64,000 nt of DNA, from NCBI GenBank assembly GCA_963977015.1, contig CAXBMO010000003.1, forward strand, positions 96,001 to 160,000, written 5' to 3'. Source of the stretch: an uncultured bacterium (lineage in GTDB: Bacteria; Verrucomicrobiota; Verrucomicrobiia; Verrucomicrobiales; DEV007). The notes under the pieces were generated by a model that was not told the origin of the DNA, searched no databases, and was given only the letters and a program-made list of their open reading frames with translations. Below are positions 29,138 through 39,530 of this stretch, piece by piece (position 1 is the stretch's first letter; every line of letters starts with the position of its first letter). The position numbers and the translations under genes were made by a program.

Positions 29138-30115
29138 TCATGAGGCGACGAGGGAGGCGAGGACTTTGCGCTTCCCTGAAAACGTTCGCCGCCCATGCAT
29201 GGTCACGTAATTGTCCACCAGGGCGACGTCTCCTGTTTGCCAGGGAACATCAAAGGTGATCTCTTCGGCCAGTTCTGCGGCGCGATTGATGTCAGAGGGA
29301 TCAATTGGTGAGCCATCGCCAAACGTGATCGCTTTTGCGGGATCGTTTCGCGTATCTTTCCAGCCTTTGAACGCAGCGATCAGCTGATTGAAAAACGACT
29401 TTCGCCCATCACCAAGATCCCGCACCGCTTGGAGCTTGGGAGTGGTCGCCTTCAGGCAACCGTCTTCCAACCATTCAAAACGGTAGCCAAGTGTGGCCAT
29501 TGCGGCTTCAGCCTCGCCTCTGGTGTCCACGCTGAAGGTGCTTTGCCAACTGCGACCCATGCCGGAGCCTGCATCGTCTTCCGGGGGCATCACGTTCCGG
29601 TAGAGAAGTCCCTTCGCTTCGCAGTTTTGGGCGAATTCAGGGGACTCCGCCATCAGACGTTCGAAGAGGATATCGGAACGACAAAGCGGTGTCGCCCCGC
29701 CGGTTTCAGCCGCTTGTTCGCAGAAGAAGAAAAGCTTGCTGGGGTAAACCGGCGTTTGCGCCATTTCATGATGGAGAAAAATGGTCACTGCAGGAGGGGC
29801 CTCGTTGGCAGTGAAGACGCGTTCTGTCCGATTGGTTCTGACGGCGTTGGAAAGCGAGTCTTCGTATTTGAAATTGGGCAATCCAAATCCCGAGATGAAG
29901 CCATCAAAATCCAGGTCCGTGATGAGTGGAAACCCCCGAAAGAGAATCGCCCCATGCTCAAAGGCGCGTTGAGCCAACTCCTCTCCATTCGCGGCGAGCC
30001 AGGCGATGATTTCATCGAGCGAGGGATCGTTTCCCTCACATTCCAAAACGAGGGGGAAGAGCGCGCCATGCCATTCCTGTTGCCCGTCTACCTGGCTTTC
30101 ATGGACCGTGATCAT
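29138..30115 (-). CDS. TauD/TfdA (SyrP-like) 2-oxoglutarate/Fe(II) dioxygenase
   Basis: HGAILFRGF, LHHEMA (HxE), FFCEQAAETGGATP, WQTGDVALVDN..MHGRR. Confidence 0.9.
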   Translation of the reverse strand: MITVHESQVDGQQEWHGALFPLVLECEGNDPSLDEIIAWLAANGEELAQRAFEHGAILFRGFPLITDLDFDGFISGFGLPNFKYEDSLSNAVRTNRTERVFTANEAPPAVTIFLHHEMAQTPVYPSKLFFFCEQAAETGGATPLCRSDILFERLMAESPEFAQNCEAKGLLYRNVMPPEDDAGSGMGRSWQSTFSVDTRGEAEAAMATLGYRFEWLEDGCLKATTPKLQAVRDLGDGRKSFFNQLIAAFKGWKDTRNDPAKAITFGDGSPIDPSDINRAAELAEEITFDVPWQTGDVALVDNYVTMHGRRTFSGKRKVLASLVAS

Positions 30116-30158
30116 GCTTCATGATTTACGGTTTACCAGAAATAGGCAAGCCTGGGAT

Positions 30159-30836
30159 TCAAGCGCTCAGTCGCGCGGAGAGAAGCTCGTCAATGATGGC
30201 GTGCCGTTCCAAAGGAGGGAGCTCTGCGAGTCTGGCCTTTGTTCGTTCGATCTTACGGCGAATTCGCTGACGGTCAGTTCGGTCTTTTCCCAGGAATCGA
30301 TAATCATGAAGCCGCTTTGGCTCGGGAAAGTTCATCCAAATTTTCTCCAAACGCAGACCAGTGTGGGTCATGGTTCGAAATTCCGCCGTGCGCCAGCCGG
30401 GGAGGAGTCGCCGGTAGATTTCGTTGTCATAGCCGCTCAAAAGGACCATGCCCGGCCAACGTTTCAGAAGGCGGCAAAGGCGTTCGTGGTCCGCATCGGT
30501 CAGTTCATGTTGGTAGAGCTTCTGCTGGCGCCGGGCCGCATGCACATAGGGTGGATCCGCGTAGAGGAACGAGGATTTTGTATCCGGATGATCCAGGTGT
30601 TGTTCGATGAACTCAAAGGCGTCCTGATTTCGGACCTCCGCAGTAAGTGAGGATTGTAGCTCGGTGGCGGTATCTGGATTTTTTTCAATCACGGTGCAGC
30701 GTTCTGGTGGCGTGATTTGCTGGGCGAGTGTTGCGTTTCCCCCAAAAGATTCGATCAACCATTGGTGCGGTGGGATTTGGTTTATGAGCCACTGGATAAC
30801 GCCGCTGGCGGTTTTTGATCCGGGGACCTTCCTCAT
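30159..30836 (-). CDS. Short DNA adenine methyltransferase (Dam/D12-like), orphan
   Basis: PGSK...LINQIPPH...ESFGG (motifs X and I), YADPPY (motif IV), LSGY, EKIWMNF, LHDYRFLG. Confidence 0.85.
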   Translation of the reverse strand: MRKVPGSKTASGVIQWLINQIPPHQWLIESFGGNATLAQQITPPERCTVIEKNPDTATELQSSLTAEVRNQDAFEFIEQHLDHPDTKSSFLYADPPYVHAARRQQKLYQHELTDADHERLCRLLKRWPGMVLLSGYDNEIYRRLLPGWRTAEFRTMTHTGLRLEKIWMNFPEPKRLHDYRFLGKDRTDRQRIRRKIERTKARLAELPPLERHAIIDELLSARLSA

Positions 30837-31036
30837 GCTGCACTGAGCTTGAATGGCTGGTTCTGGGTTGGGGAGCAAAACCGACAGGCGCCTACTTTTC
30901 CGCGTTCGCCGGGAGCCGTTGGGGCCTTGGTCCAAATCCCGACATCGCTTTCAAGGATTGTGTAATTGCAAACAGGGCATTCGCGAAGTTGGACAAAGCC
31001 CTTATTGGTTTTGAGGATGGTGACGCGCTCTTTCAC
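30833..31036 (-). CDS. Small CxxC...CxxC putative zinc-binding protein
   Basis: CPVC and CRFC motifs; its stop overlaps the methyltransferase start (ATGA). Confidence 0.5.
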   Translation of the reverse strand: MKERVTILKTNKGFVQLRECPVCNYTILESDVGIWTKAPTAPGERGKVGACRFCSPTQNQPFKLSAA

Positions 31037-31169
31037 TGCGAAGAGCGTAGTCGTTTCTGTCTACGGTGTCAAACGGCGGAATGAAAGAATGTTCGCAGCT
31101 TTGTCGTTTTTCTACTAAAACCACCTGATACGCCCCTAGAATCTCATTCCCTTCGCCCTTCGTTCCCTT

Positions 31170-34094
31170 ATGAGTGTAAAGCCCCTACTTCTCTGTGTTT
31201 TGGTGGTTATGGTTGCCCCGTGCCTTCGCGCCTTCGAGAAAAAAGCCACACCCGAGCAGCTTGCCTTCTTTGATGAGCAGGTATTTCCGATTCTGAAAGA
31301 GCATTGCTTTGGCTGTCACGGTGAGGACGACAAAATGAAAGGCGATCTGAGGCTTACCAGTCGTGAGGGACTGCTTCATGGCGGCGCGCTCGGATCTTCC
31401 TACAATGCGGAAGCTCCCGAGGAGAGCCTGCTGTTGGCGATGGTCAGTTACAAGGATAGTGAGCATGAAATGCCGCCCAAGGCGAAGCTGGCAGACGACA
31501 AGATTGCGGTTCTCAAAAAATGGATCGAGATGGGAGCCCTCTACAATCCGGAAAAGGAGATTCGCGGTCCGCTGGTTCAGCGGGGACGGCACGTCCAACC
31601 CGAGGATTTCGAATATTGGGCCTATCGGCCGGTGACGGCGTCAACGGAGGATTCCATTGATACCTTGATCGACCAAAGACTCCAGAATGCGGAGATACCA
31701 GCAAATGGGAGGGCCTCGAGAGGCACACTGATTCGACGAGCCTATTACAACTTGATCGGGCTGCCGCCCACGCCATCCGAAGTCGATCAATTCGTGAATG
31801 ATTCGAGGGCGTTCCCGGTGGTTTGGGAGGAATTAATCAGCGAGCTGCTGGCTCGTCCCCAGTATGGTGAGAAGTGGGCCCGGCATTGGTTGGATCTTGT
31901 GCGATATGCGGAGACGAATGGATTCGAGCGCGACAACCCGAAACCTGAGATTTGGCGCTATCGCGATTATGTGATCAACGCCTTCAATGCCGACAAGCCC
32001 TATGATCAGTTCATTATTGAGCAACTTGCGGGCGATGAGATCGACCATCCGACCATGGAGTCCATCGCGGCGACGGGATTCTTTCGACTCATGCAGTGGG
32101 ATGATGAGCCCGCTGACCGCAAGCAGCATACGTATGACGTTCTCGCTGACAATGTGGCAATTACGACGGAGACGTTTCTGGGCTCGACGGTCGGGTGTGC
32201 GCGCTGTCATGACCACAAGGCTGATCCTTTCACTCAAAAGGACTACTATTCCTTGATGGCTTTCCTTCATGGCGTGACCAGCTATGCCACGCAGGGCACC
32301 ATGCGTGCCTGGGCTTCACCGGAGGAGTTGACGGCGTTTGAAGCCGAGAAGGAGAAAAAGGTGCAGCGCCTCCAGAGGGAGATCGAGACTGTTGAGGTTC
32401 AATTGAAGGCGTATTTGTCCGAAAGAGGGCGACTGAATGCTTCGGAAACACCAAATTCGAAGACATTCGTCGAAGATGCCCGGGCCACACCGGCGACCTG
32501 GGAATACACGTTTAAGCGACCAACGCAGGATTGGAAAGACGTCGGGTACCGGAACAAGAGTTGGTTCAAGGGGCAAGGCGGGTTTGGGCGTGGCGCTCCC
32601 AATTCAAAAGTTACTTCGGAGTGGAAAAGTTCGGATATTTGGATGCGGACGTCGTTCGGTCTCAAGGTTCTCCCGGAGACGTTGGCCCTTGAGATTTACC
32701 ACGATGAAGATGTCGAGGTCTACCTGAACGGCGTCGAGATTTTCAAGGCGACGGGTTATGTGACGGATTACCAGAACTTTTTGCTGGATCAAAGAGCACT
32801 CGATGCTCTCCAAACCGGTCGAAACGTTCTTGCCGTGCATTGTCACCAAACCGCGGGCGGGCAATTCATCGATCTTGCGCTTCGGACGAGTCCGCAAAAA
32901 GCGGGGAACTTGAACGAGGCGATTCGCCGGGGTGGGAAGAAGCTTGTCGAGGAGATCCAATCCGAGCTTGGGAGTGATCTGATCGGGGAACGCGCTCGAT
33001 TGACCAAAGAGGTCCATGACACGCGTCGTTCATCGACCGGCGTACAGTTGAACGCGGTTCAGGAGCATCCAAATGTTGCACCGCTTCATGTCCATCTTCG
33101 TGGCAGCGCGCATGTGCTCGGTGATCCTGTCGAACCGGCTTTCCCGGGAGTCTTGACAGGGAGCTTTGAGCCGACCACGGCGCAGATACAGCCCGGCTTT
33201 GCTACGGAAAGTTCGTCAGGCCGACGCCGGGCTTTGGCGGAGTGGATTGCTTCGCCTGACAATCCCTTAACGGCGCGAGTGATGGTAAATCGGATTTGGC
33301 AGCATCACTTCGGGCGCGGCATCGTGAAGAGTGCGAGCGATTTTGGTGAACTCGGCGAAGTCCCAACCCATCCGGAGTTGCTTGATTGGCTTGCGAGTGA
33401 GTTCGTGAAAAGAGATTGGAGCATCAAGGAGATGCACAAGCTCTTGATGACCAGTGACGCTTTTCTCAGGTCCTCTGCCCCGAATGATGCCGCTCAATAC
33501 AAGGACCCGACCAATAATCTCTTCTGGCGCGTCGATATGCGCCGGCTTACGGCGGAGGAGATTCGAGATTCCATTTTAAAAGTTTCCGGAAGCTTGAATC
33601 CAAAAATTGGTGGGCCCTGGGTCTATATTCCCCTTCCTGAAGAGGTGCTGGCGACTTCTTCGCGCCCCGGAGCGAACTGGCCGGTCACCAAGGGAGAGGA
33701 GGCGTTCCGTCGCAGTATTTACGTGCACGTGAAGCGCAGTCTTCGCGTGCCGATGCTGGTGGATCATGACCAGGCGGATACCGATGGTCATTGTGCAGTG
33801 CGTTTCTCCACCACGGTTCCGACTCAGGCCTTGGCGATGCTGAACAGCGAGTTTGTCAATTCTCAGGCGAAACGCTTTGCCCAACGCTGTCGGGAAAATG
33901 GGGCGGATCTTCAAGCGCAACTGAAGTTTGGGATGGAGTTGGCGACTCAGCGAGCGGTTACCCCGGAAGGGATTGAAAAGTTGGAAGCCATGAGCGAGAC
34001 GCTGATGAAGGATGCAGGTCTCAAACCCGAAGAAGCGTTCGAGCGTGTGGCTCTCCTGATCTTGAATTTAAACGAGTTTGTTTATCTGGATTAA
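31170..34094 (+). CDS. Planctomycete cytochrome c plus DUF1549/DUF1553 (PSCyt/PSD1) protein with inserted beta-sandwich domain
   Basis: CFGCHG and CARCHDHK heme motifs; YGEKWARHWLDLVRYAETNG, NPLTARVMVNRIWQHHFGRG, HPELLDWLA, QALAMLN. Confidence 0.92.
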   Translation: MSVKPLLLCVLVVMVAPCLRAFEKKATPEQLAFFDEQVFPILKEHCFGCHGEDDKMKGDLRLTSREGLLHGGALGSSYNAEAPEESLLLAMVSYKDSEHEMPPKAKLADDKIAVLKKWIEMGALYNPEKEIRGPLVQRGRHVQPEDFEYWAYRPVTASTEDSIDTLIDQRLQNAEIPANGRASRGTLIRRAYYNLIGLPPTPSEVDQFVNDSRAFPVVWEELISELLARPQYGEKWARHWLDLVRYAETNGFERDNPKPEIWRYRDYVINAFNADKPYDQFIIEQLAGDEIDHPTMESIAATGFFRLMQWDDEPADRKQHTYDVLADNVAITTETFLGSTVGCARCHDHKADPFTQKDYYSLMAFLHGVTSYATQGTMRAWASPEELTAFEAEKEKKVQRLQREIETVEVQLKAYLSERGRLNASETPNSKTFVEDARATPATWEYTFKRPTQDWKDVGYRNKSWFKGQGGFGRGAPNSKVTSEWKSSDIWMRTSFGLKVLPETLALEIYHDEDVEVYLNGVEIFKATGYVTDYQNFLLDQRALDALQTGRNVLAVHCHQTAGGQFIDLALRTSPQKAGNLNEAIRRGGKKLVEEIQSELGSDLIGERARLTKEVHDTRRSSTGVQLNAVQEHPNVAPLHVHLRGSAHVLGDPVEPAFPGVLTGSFEPTTAQIQPGFATESSSGRRRALAEWIASPDNPLTARVMVNRIWQHHFGRGIVKSASDFGELGEVPTHPELLDWLASEFVKRDWSIKEMHKLLMTSDAFLRSSAPNDAAQYKDPTNNLFWRVDMRRLTAEEIRDSILKVSGSLNPKIGGPWVYIPLPEEVLATSSRPGANWPVTKGEEAFRRSIYVHVKRSLRVPMLVDHDQADTDGHCAVRFSTTVPTQALAMLNSEFVNSQAKRFAQRCRENGADLQAQLKFGMELATQRAVTPEGIEKLEAMSETLMKDAGLKPEEAFERVALLILNLNEFVYLD

Positions 34095-34250
34095 TTTTGC
34101 TTCCTGACGACCTCTGACATGAAAGGCTTGCGCATTTCGTTCAACTAAGGGACGGGATAGGAGAGGAATTGGGAAAACGGTTAAGATTTCCGGATTTCCC
34201 AATCGCGCTAATAAGAAGGGATTGTATAATCTCGAATCTTTTCCAAGTTG

Positions 34251-35990
34251 ATGTCTAACTCAGAGTCAGAGAATTCTCCCAGAGTCGCCGGCGTTTTGGT
34301 TCCGGTTTTTGCCATTCGCACTGAATCCGATCTGGGGATTGGCGATACGTCAGGGGTCAAGGAAATGGTCGATTGGCTCGCCAAGATCGGCATGAAATTT
34401 CTTCAGGTCTTGCCGATCAATGAAATGGCGGGCGACAACAGCCCTTACAATGCCATCAGCTCGGTCGCCATTGAACCCACGACCTTGGATGTTTCGCCGA
34501 AGAAGATCCCGGAACTGCGCGAGGAGGATTATAATCGAATTATTAAGGAAGTGGATCTGGCAGCGTTGCGGAGCGGTGCTGTAGATTATAAGAAAGTCAG
34601 GAGACTCAAGTCGGATTTACTCTGGAGCGCCTTTCACCAATTTCAGAACGATCCTGCCATTCGCGGATCAAAACGGGAAACTGAGTTCCTCGAGTTTTGT
34701 CAGAAGGAAAGTGGTTGGCTACAGGATTACTGCACGTTCCGGGTGTTCATGGACATGGAAGGCGGGAGTGAGAACTGGGAAACTTGGTCCGAGCGCTACA
34801 ACACGATCGACAAAGCTCGTGCGCACCTGCAAAAGCTGCTCTCCACCGCGCCAGACCAGGCGCGGATGCAGCAGGCCTACTATGCGTATGTCCAGTTTCT
34901 CGCACACAATCAGTGGGCTGATGTTGCCAGCTATGCCGCTGGCAAGGGAGTCCATCTCATGGGAGATGTTCCGTTTGGATTGAGCCGATGCAGTGCTGAC
35001 GTGTTCTCCGAGCCGCAGTGGTTTGATCTCGACTGGTGTGGCGGGGCGCCTCCGGAAACAAATTTTAAGGATGACGAATTTGTGGTTCGGTGGGGACAGA
35101 ATTGGGGAATCCCGAATTATCGTTGGGACAGGATGGCGGAGGACGGCTTCAAATGGTGGAAGCGACGGATCGCAAAGCTCTGCGAAACTTTCGACATCTT
35201 TAGGATCGACCATGTTCTGGGCTTCTATCGCATTTACAGTTTCCCATGGCGTCCCGAGCGAAATTCAGAGTTCCTTCACCTTGGCGAGGACGAAGTCAGA
35301 GCGAAAACGGGCGGACGGATGCCGGGATTCTTGCCTCGGCCGGACGATACGGACGAAAATCAGCGGATGAATCAAGAGGAGGGCGAGAAATACCTGTCCG
35401 CGATTGCGGAAGCGGCGGGTGATTCTGAAATTGTGGCTGAAGATCTTGGGATGGTTCCGCCTTACGTTCCGGGAAGCCTGAATGGTTTGGGCATGTCAGG
35501 AATGCGGGTGCCGATGTGGGAGACTCAGCCGGATGGAGAGTTCAATGTCGCCAATTCCTATACCTATTTGACCCTGGCCACCTATGCCACGCACGACCAT
35601 GAACCCATGAAGACGCAATGGGAGCGGCATCGTCAAATCATTCAAAACAGCCATCATCAGGATGAGGTGAACGCGGCGTGGTATCTGCTTCACCGGTTGG
35701 CCAGATTTGCGAAGTATCCGGAAGCTCAGGGGGATCCTGTCCCTCCCTACAGCGATGCCATTCGGGAGGCTCTTCTTCGTGAGCTTTTTGCGGCCTCGTC
35801 CAAGTATGCCGCGGTGATGATTACCGATCTCTTGGGGTTGGAGGACCGGTTCAATGTTCCGGGAACTTTAAGTGAAGGAAACTGGAGCCGACGGCTCGAA
35901 ATGACGGTTTCGGATTTGGATCGCGACCCTCGCTGGGCCAAGTTGGGGGACCAAATTCACGGGTTGCTGAAAGAGACCGGCCGGGCATAG
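34251..35990 (+). CDS. malQ: 4-alpha-glucanotransferase (GH77)
   Basis: GIGD, QVLPIN, SPYNAISS, GDVPFG, GAPP, GQNWG, FRIDHVLG, AEDLG, THDH, RFNVPGT. Confidence 0.95.
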   Translation: MSNSESENSPRVAGVLVPVFAIRTESDLGIGDTSGVKEMVDWLAKIGMKFLQVLPINEMAGDNSPYNAISSVAIEPTTLDVSPKKIPELREEDYNRIIKEVDLAALRSGAVDYKKVRRLKSDLLWSAFHQFQNDPAIRGSKRETEFLEFCQKESGWLQDYCTFRVFMDMEGGSENWETWSERYNTIDKARAHLQKLLSTAPDQARMQQAYYAYVQFLAHNQWADVASYAAGKGVHLMGDVPFGLSRCSADVFSEPQWFDLDWCGGAPPETNFKDDEFVVRWGQNWGIPNYRWDRMAEDGFKWWKRRIAKLCETFDIFRIDHVLGFYRIYSFPWRPERNSEFLHLGEDEVRAKTGGRMPGFLPRPDDTDENQRMNQEEGEKYLSAIAEAAGDSEIVAEDLGMVPPYVPGSLNGLGMSGMRVPMWETQPDGEFNVANSYTYLTLATYATHDHEPMKTQWERHRQIIQNSHHQDEVNAAWYLLHRLARFAKYPEAQGDPVPPYSDAIREALLRELFAASSKYAAVMITDLLGLEDRFNVPGTLSEGNWSRRLEMTVSDLDRDPRWAKLGDQIHGLLKETGRA

Positions 35991-36056
35991 CGAAAAGTCT
36001 GAAATCGGGTTTTGAATTTGGGTGATTTTCTGTGAGGGTCCGGAACAGAATTTATC

Positions 36057-37046
36057 ATGACGACCACTCAACCGATCAAAGTCGCTGTCACGGGAGCCGC
36101 AGGCCAAATTGGCTACTCTCTTCTTTTTCGTATTGCCTCCGGCGCCATGTTCGGACCGGCACAGCCTGTCAGTCTGCACCTCATTGAAATCGAGCCAGCC
36201 TTGCCTGCCTTGGAAGGTGTTGCCATGGAATTGGATGATTGCGCCTTCCCGCTTCTCCACGATGTGGTGCGCACCTCTGACCTGAATGTCGGCTTTGCCG
36301 GAGTCAATTGGGCGTTGTTGGTCGGTAGTGTGCCCCGGAAGCAGGGGATGGAGCGCAAGGATTTGCTCAACATCAACGGGAAAATTTTTACTGGTCAGGG
36401 CGAGGCGATTGCGGCAAACGCAGCCAGCGATGCTCGAGTGCTTGTCGTTGGGAATCCCTGCAATACCAACTGCCTGATTGCGATGAACAATGGCGGCGCC
36501 ATTCCAAAGGAGCGTTGGTTTGCGATGACCCGCTTGGACGAGAACCGGGCCAAGACCCAACTTGCTCAGAAGGCAGGCGTCCACGTCGATCAAGTCAGCA
36601 ACATGACGATCTGGGGGAACCATTCGGCAACCCAGTATCCGGACTTCTACAACGCGAAGATCAATGGACAAAGTGCCGCCACCGCCATTAACGACGAAGC
36701 TTGGCTGCAAGGTGAGTTCATTTCCACGGTTCAACAACGGGGTGCTGCGATTATCAAGGCACGCGGGTCATCTTCGGCAGCCTCAGCCGCAAACGGAATC
36801 GTTGACACTGTGGTCAGTTTGACAACTCCGACTCCACATGGCGATTGGACCAGCGTTTGCGTCTGTTCCGATGGAAGTTACGGCGTTGACGAGGGACTCA
36901 TTTCGTCCTTCCCCATCCGCACGCATGACGGGAAAAGCTGGGAAATCGTCAAGGACGTACCGCTGAATGAGTTCGGACAGCAGAAGCTGGATGCGACAGT
37001 TGCTGAGCTTCGTGAGGAAAGAAACGCGGTTTCTGACCTTCTCTAG
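36057..37046 (+). CDS. mdh: Malate dehydrogenase
   Basis: [51 protein letters not shown]. Confidence 0.98.
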   Translation: MTTTQPIKVAVTGAAGQIGYSLLFRIASGAMFGPAQPVSLHLIEIEPALPALEGVAMELDDCAFPLLHDVVRTSDLNVGFAGVNWALLVGSVPRKQGMERKDLLNINGKIFTGQGEAIAANAASDARVLVVGNPCNTNCLIAMNNGGAIPKERWFAMTRLDENRAKTQLAQKAGVHVDQVSNMTIWGNHSATQYPDFYNAKINGQSAATAINDEAWLQGEFISTVQQRGAAIIKARGSSSAASAANGIVDTVVSLTTPTPHGDWTSVCVCSDGSYGVDEGLISSFPIRTHDGKSWEIVKDVPLNEFGQQKLDATVAELREERNAVSDLL

Positions 37047-37067
37047 ACCGAAAAGCAGATTGCTTTC

Positions 37068-38120
37068 CTACTCGGATTCTTCGTCGTCCAGTTGATCGAG
37101 CGTCGTGAGGAGATCCAATGATCTCTGCAACGTCAGATCCTGTAGCGGAACGGTGTCAAATTTCGTGGTTTCGCCGCGGGAGCGTGTCAGATGGTAGTCG
37201 AGTTCCGGATCCGTTTCGTGAACAAGAGCTGCTTCGTTGATCCGCGGCCTTGCGGTCTCGAAGAGGTATCCCTGGATGGCTCCCGATTCGCTTGCGGCGA
37301 AGACTTTTCGTTTTGATTCGATATCCGGTGCGACATCAAAATCCGGTTGGACTCCTTGCTTGAAAAGCGAGGTGCCATCCGCGAGCAAGACCTCCGCGAC
37401 GGCGTATCGAAGCATCGTGTCTTCGCTGAGGGGAATGTAGTGATATTGAACCGTAAGTCCCTTCGTGGTTGCTCCGATCATGAAACAATCCCGGTTCGAG
37501 TCGATGCTCGCAGCGATAATTTCCCCGACGTTCGGAGTCTCCGGATCAATCAAGAGCAGGAGTTTCTCCCCCCTCCATCTTGTACTGGAAACTTGGGAAA
37601 AGAATAATTCCGGCCGAGTTTCCCCTGGATGCTGGATCTGGAAAAGCAGGGTGTTCGTCGGGACGAATCGATCCAGAATTCGCGCGGCAGCTTTGAATTG
37701 AGCCTCCGGAGCGGGAACGCGAAGATCGAGAATCAGGGTCTCGGCTCCAGCGTCTTCAAATTGAATCAGCGCTTGATCGAGCAATTCGACTTCATCTTCG
37801 CGATAGCTGGCAAAGCGCACATAACCAACGTCTTTGGTGATCGTCTCGCCCAAAAACCTGCCTTCTGTCCCTTTTTCTTCCTCCGAATGGTGTCGCGCCA
37901 CCAATTGAGCTCCATAAGACAATCGTCTCAGCAATCCTTCGAATGCGGCTTTGTTCAACTCATCATAGCTGAGAGCTTCCGGGCGAATGTAATCTCTCTT
38001 GAGAACGTGGAAGGCTTGTTGTAGGGCGTCCTGACTCAGTCCTTCAATTCGTTCATCTGCACAAAGCCATGGAGAACTTGTGAGGAACAAGGCGAGGGTG
38101 AGAGACCGTGTGAATCGCAT
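37068..38120 (-). CDS. S41 (tail-specific protease)-like secreted protein lacking catalytic residues
   Basis: VGYVRF, LILDLR, LLIDPETPNVGEIIA, IGATTKG, GVQPD match the S41 scaffold. Confidence 0.7.
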   Translation of the reverse strand: MRFTRSLTLALFLTSSPWLCADERIEGLSQDALQQAFHVLKRDYIRPEALSYDELNKAAFEGLLRRLSYGAQLVARHHSEEEKGTEGRFLGETITKDVGYVRFASYREDEVELLDQALIQFEDAGAETLILDLRVPAPEAQFKAAARILDRFVPTNTLLFQIQHPGETRPELFFSQVSSTRWRGEKLLLLIDPETPNVGEIIAASIDSNRDCFMIGATTKGLTVQYHYIPLSEDTMLRYAVAEVLLADGTSLFKQGVQPDFDVAPDIESKRKVFAASESGAIQGYLFETARPRINEAALVHETDPELDYHLTRSRGETTKFDTVPLQDLTLQRSLDLLTTLDQLDDEESE

Positions 38121-38227
38121 CTAAGGAGTTTGCACCGAAACCCAGCAAACTGCCAGAGCCGTTTTTAGTTTGCGGAAATCTTAATATCGCGAAGAGAAAC
38201 GGAGTTCAGTCAGTCTAAAACGCGCCG

Positions 38228-38827
38228 GTGAAAATTCTGCCCCAACCCCATCGAGAGGAGAACAAGCCCACGAACCTCAAGCGGAGAAGATTTCTTCGCC
38301 AGGGAGTCTTTGTGGCTTCAGCGGCGGTTGCGGCGATCAATACAACAAGGATTGGGAATCATTTAAGGACCGACCGTTTTCGCCCATTGGTCGACGAAGC
38401 CGATTACGCGGCTTTTCTGGCGGGTCTGAATCTCCGTTACATCACGGCGCCGGAGGTCATCCGGCCTCATCGTAATGTCAGAAATGGCGTTGCGAACCGA
38501 TTGCCCCCGAAGTTGCTCTGGCGAAACCTTTCGAAGCCCCTTCGGGTGGTAGATGAGATTTGCACCCGGGCCGGGTATCGAATTGAACTGATCAACTCGG
38601 CATTTCGGACTCCCGCCTACAACGCAGAGTGTGTGGGAGCAGCGAAACGGTCCTATCACCTTCGGAATATGGCGATTGATGTCCGGTTCAATGCCGCGCC
38701 CCTGGAGGTGGCCAAGGTCGCGAAAGCCCTCCGCTCGGAGGGGGTTTTCAAAGGCGGGATTGGTGTTTACCCGTCGTTCATTCATCTCGACACACGTGGA
38801 AGGAAGGCGGATTGGGGAATTTCCTAA
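38228..38827 (+). CDS. Peptidase M15A (D-Ala-D-Ala carboxypeptidase-like), Tat-type leader
   Basis: RRRFL leader; INSAFRTPAYN, SYHLRNMAID, GGIGVY, FIHLDTRG. Confidence 0.88.
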   Translation: MKILPQPHREENKPTNLKRRRFLRQGVFVASAAVAAINTTRIGNHLRTDRFRPLVDEADYAAFLAGLNLRYITAPEVIRPHRNVRNGVANRLPPKLLWRNLSKPLRVVDEICTRAGYRIELINSAFRTPAYNAECVGAAKRSYHLRNMAIDVRFNAAPLEVAKVAKALRSEGVFKGGIGVYPSFIHLDTRGRKADWGIS

Positions 38828-38921
38828 CGGACCACTCTCTATTGACGTTGCGGATCATCAATGCTCGTGTTGAGGCGGGCCCAGCATTGGGTGGCGGCCT
38901 AGAAACACTCCTGATTTAACC

Positions 38922-39530
38922 ATGCGCATCGAGCTTGAACCGGCTCAGCGGCTTCTTCTTTGGCGATTGATCGCGGAGGGGGGCCTCTGTTGGCAGAAGC
39001 ATCTTCATCCCGCCCCGCGGCCATCTCTTCGCGGGCCCTTGGAGTCGGCAAGACTGATCCGGGTTTCGTCTCAAGGTCGGGAAGGAAACCGCATTGAGGT
39101 GACCGACCGTGGTTGGGCGTGGGCGGAGGAGAATTTCGGCGGAGAATTTTCCGCAGGAGGACCAATGATGGCAGAAACGTTGCAGCTGGTCCTGGAGGCG
39201 ATGGGAGACTGCCTTCGCAACCGGGACATCGCACTGTTTGAGGTGTTTGGGGCGGAACGTGGTATTGAAGAATCCATCAAACGTGCTTACAAGGAGCTGA
39301 GCAAAGGAAAGCGCAGTGTTCGCGTCAGGTTGTCAGAACTTCGGGAATTCCTGAAGCGACCAAAAGATGTCGTTGATAGTGCGCTTGGTAAAATGATGCA
39401 GAGTAAGCAACTCACTCTTTTTCGTCTGGATGATCCCAAAGAGGTGAAAGCCGCCGACCGCGAAGCTGCCTACCGAACGCCTTCAGGGACGGAACTGCAT
39501 CTGGTTTACCTGGGAGGTGCTCCCTCATGA
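38922..39530 (+). CDS. Hypothetical protein, probable tandem winged-helix DNA-binding domains
   Basis: ARLIRV..GREGNRIEVTDRGW and VRVRLSELREFL..VVDSAL patterns; ATGA overlap with the downstream ATPase. Confidence 0.6.
   Translation: MRIELEPAQRLLLWRLIAEGGLCWQKHLHPAPRPSLRGPLESARLIRVSSQGREGNRIEVTDRGWAWAEENFGGEFSAGGPMMAETLQLVLEAMGDCLRNRDIALFEVFGAERGIEESIKRAYKELSKGKRSVRVRLSELREFLKRPKDVVDSALGKMMQSKQLTLFRLDDPKEVKAADREAAYRTPSGTELHLVYLGGAPS

Noticed and set aside
34169-34230. TTGGGAAA/TTTCCCAA inverted repeat and TATAAT upstream of malQ
   Set aside because: No matching -35 element and only a short repeat; too weak to call.
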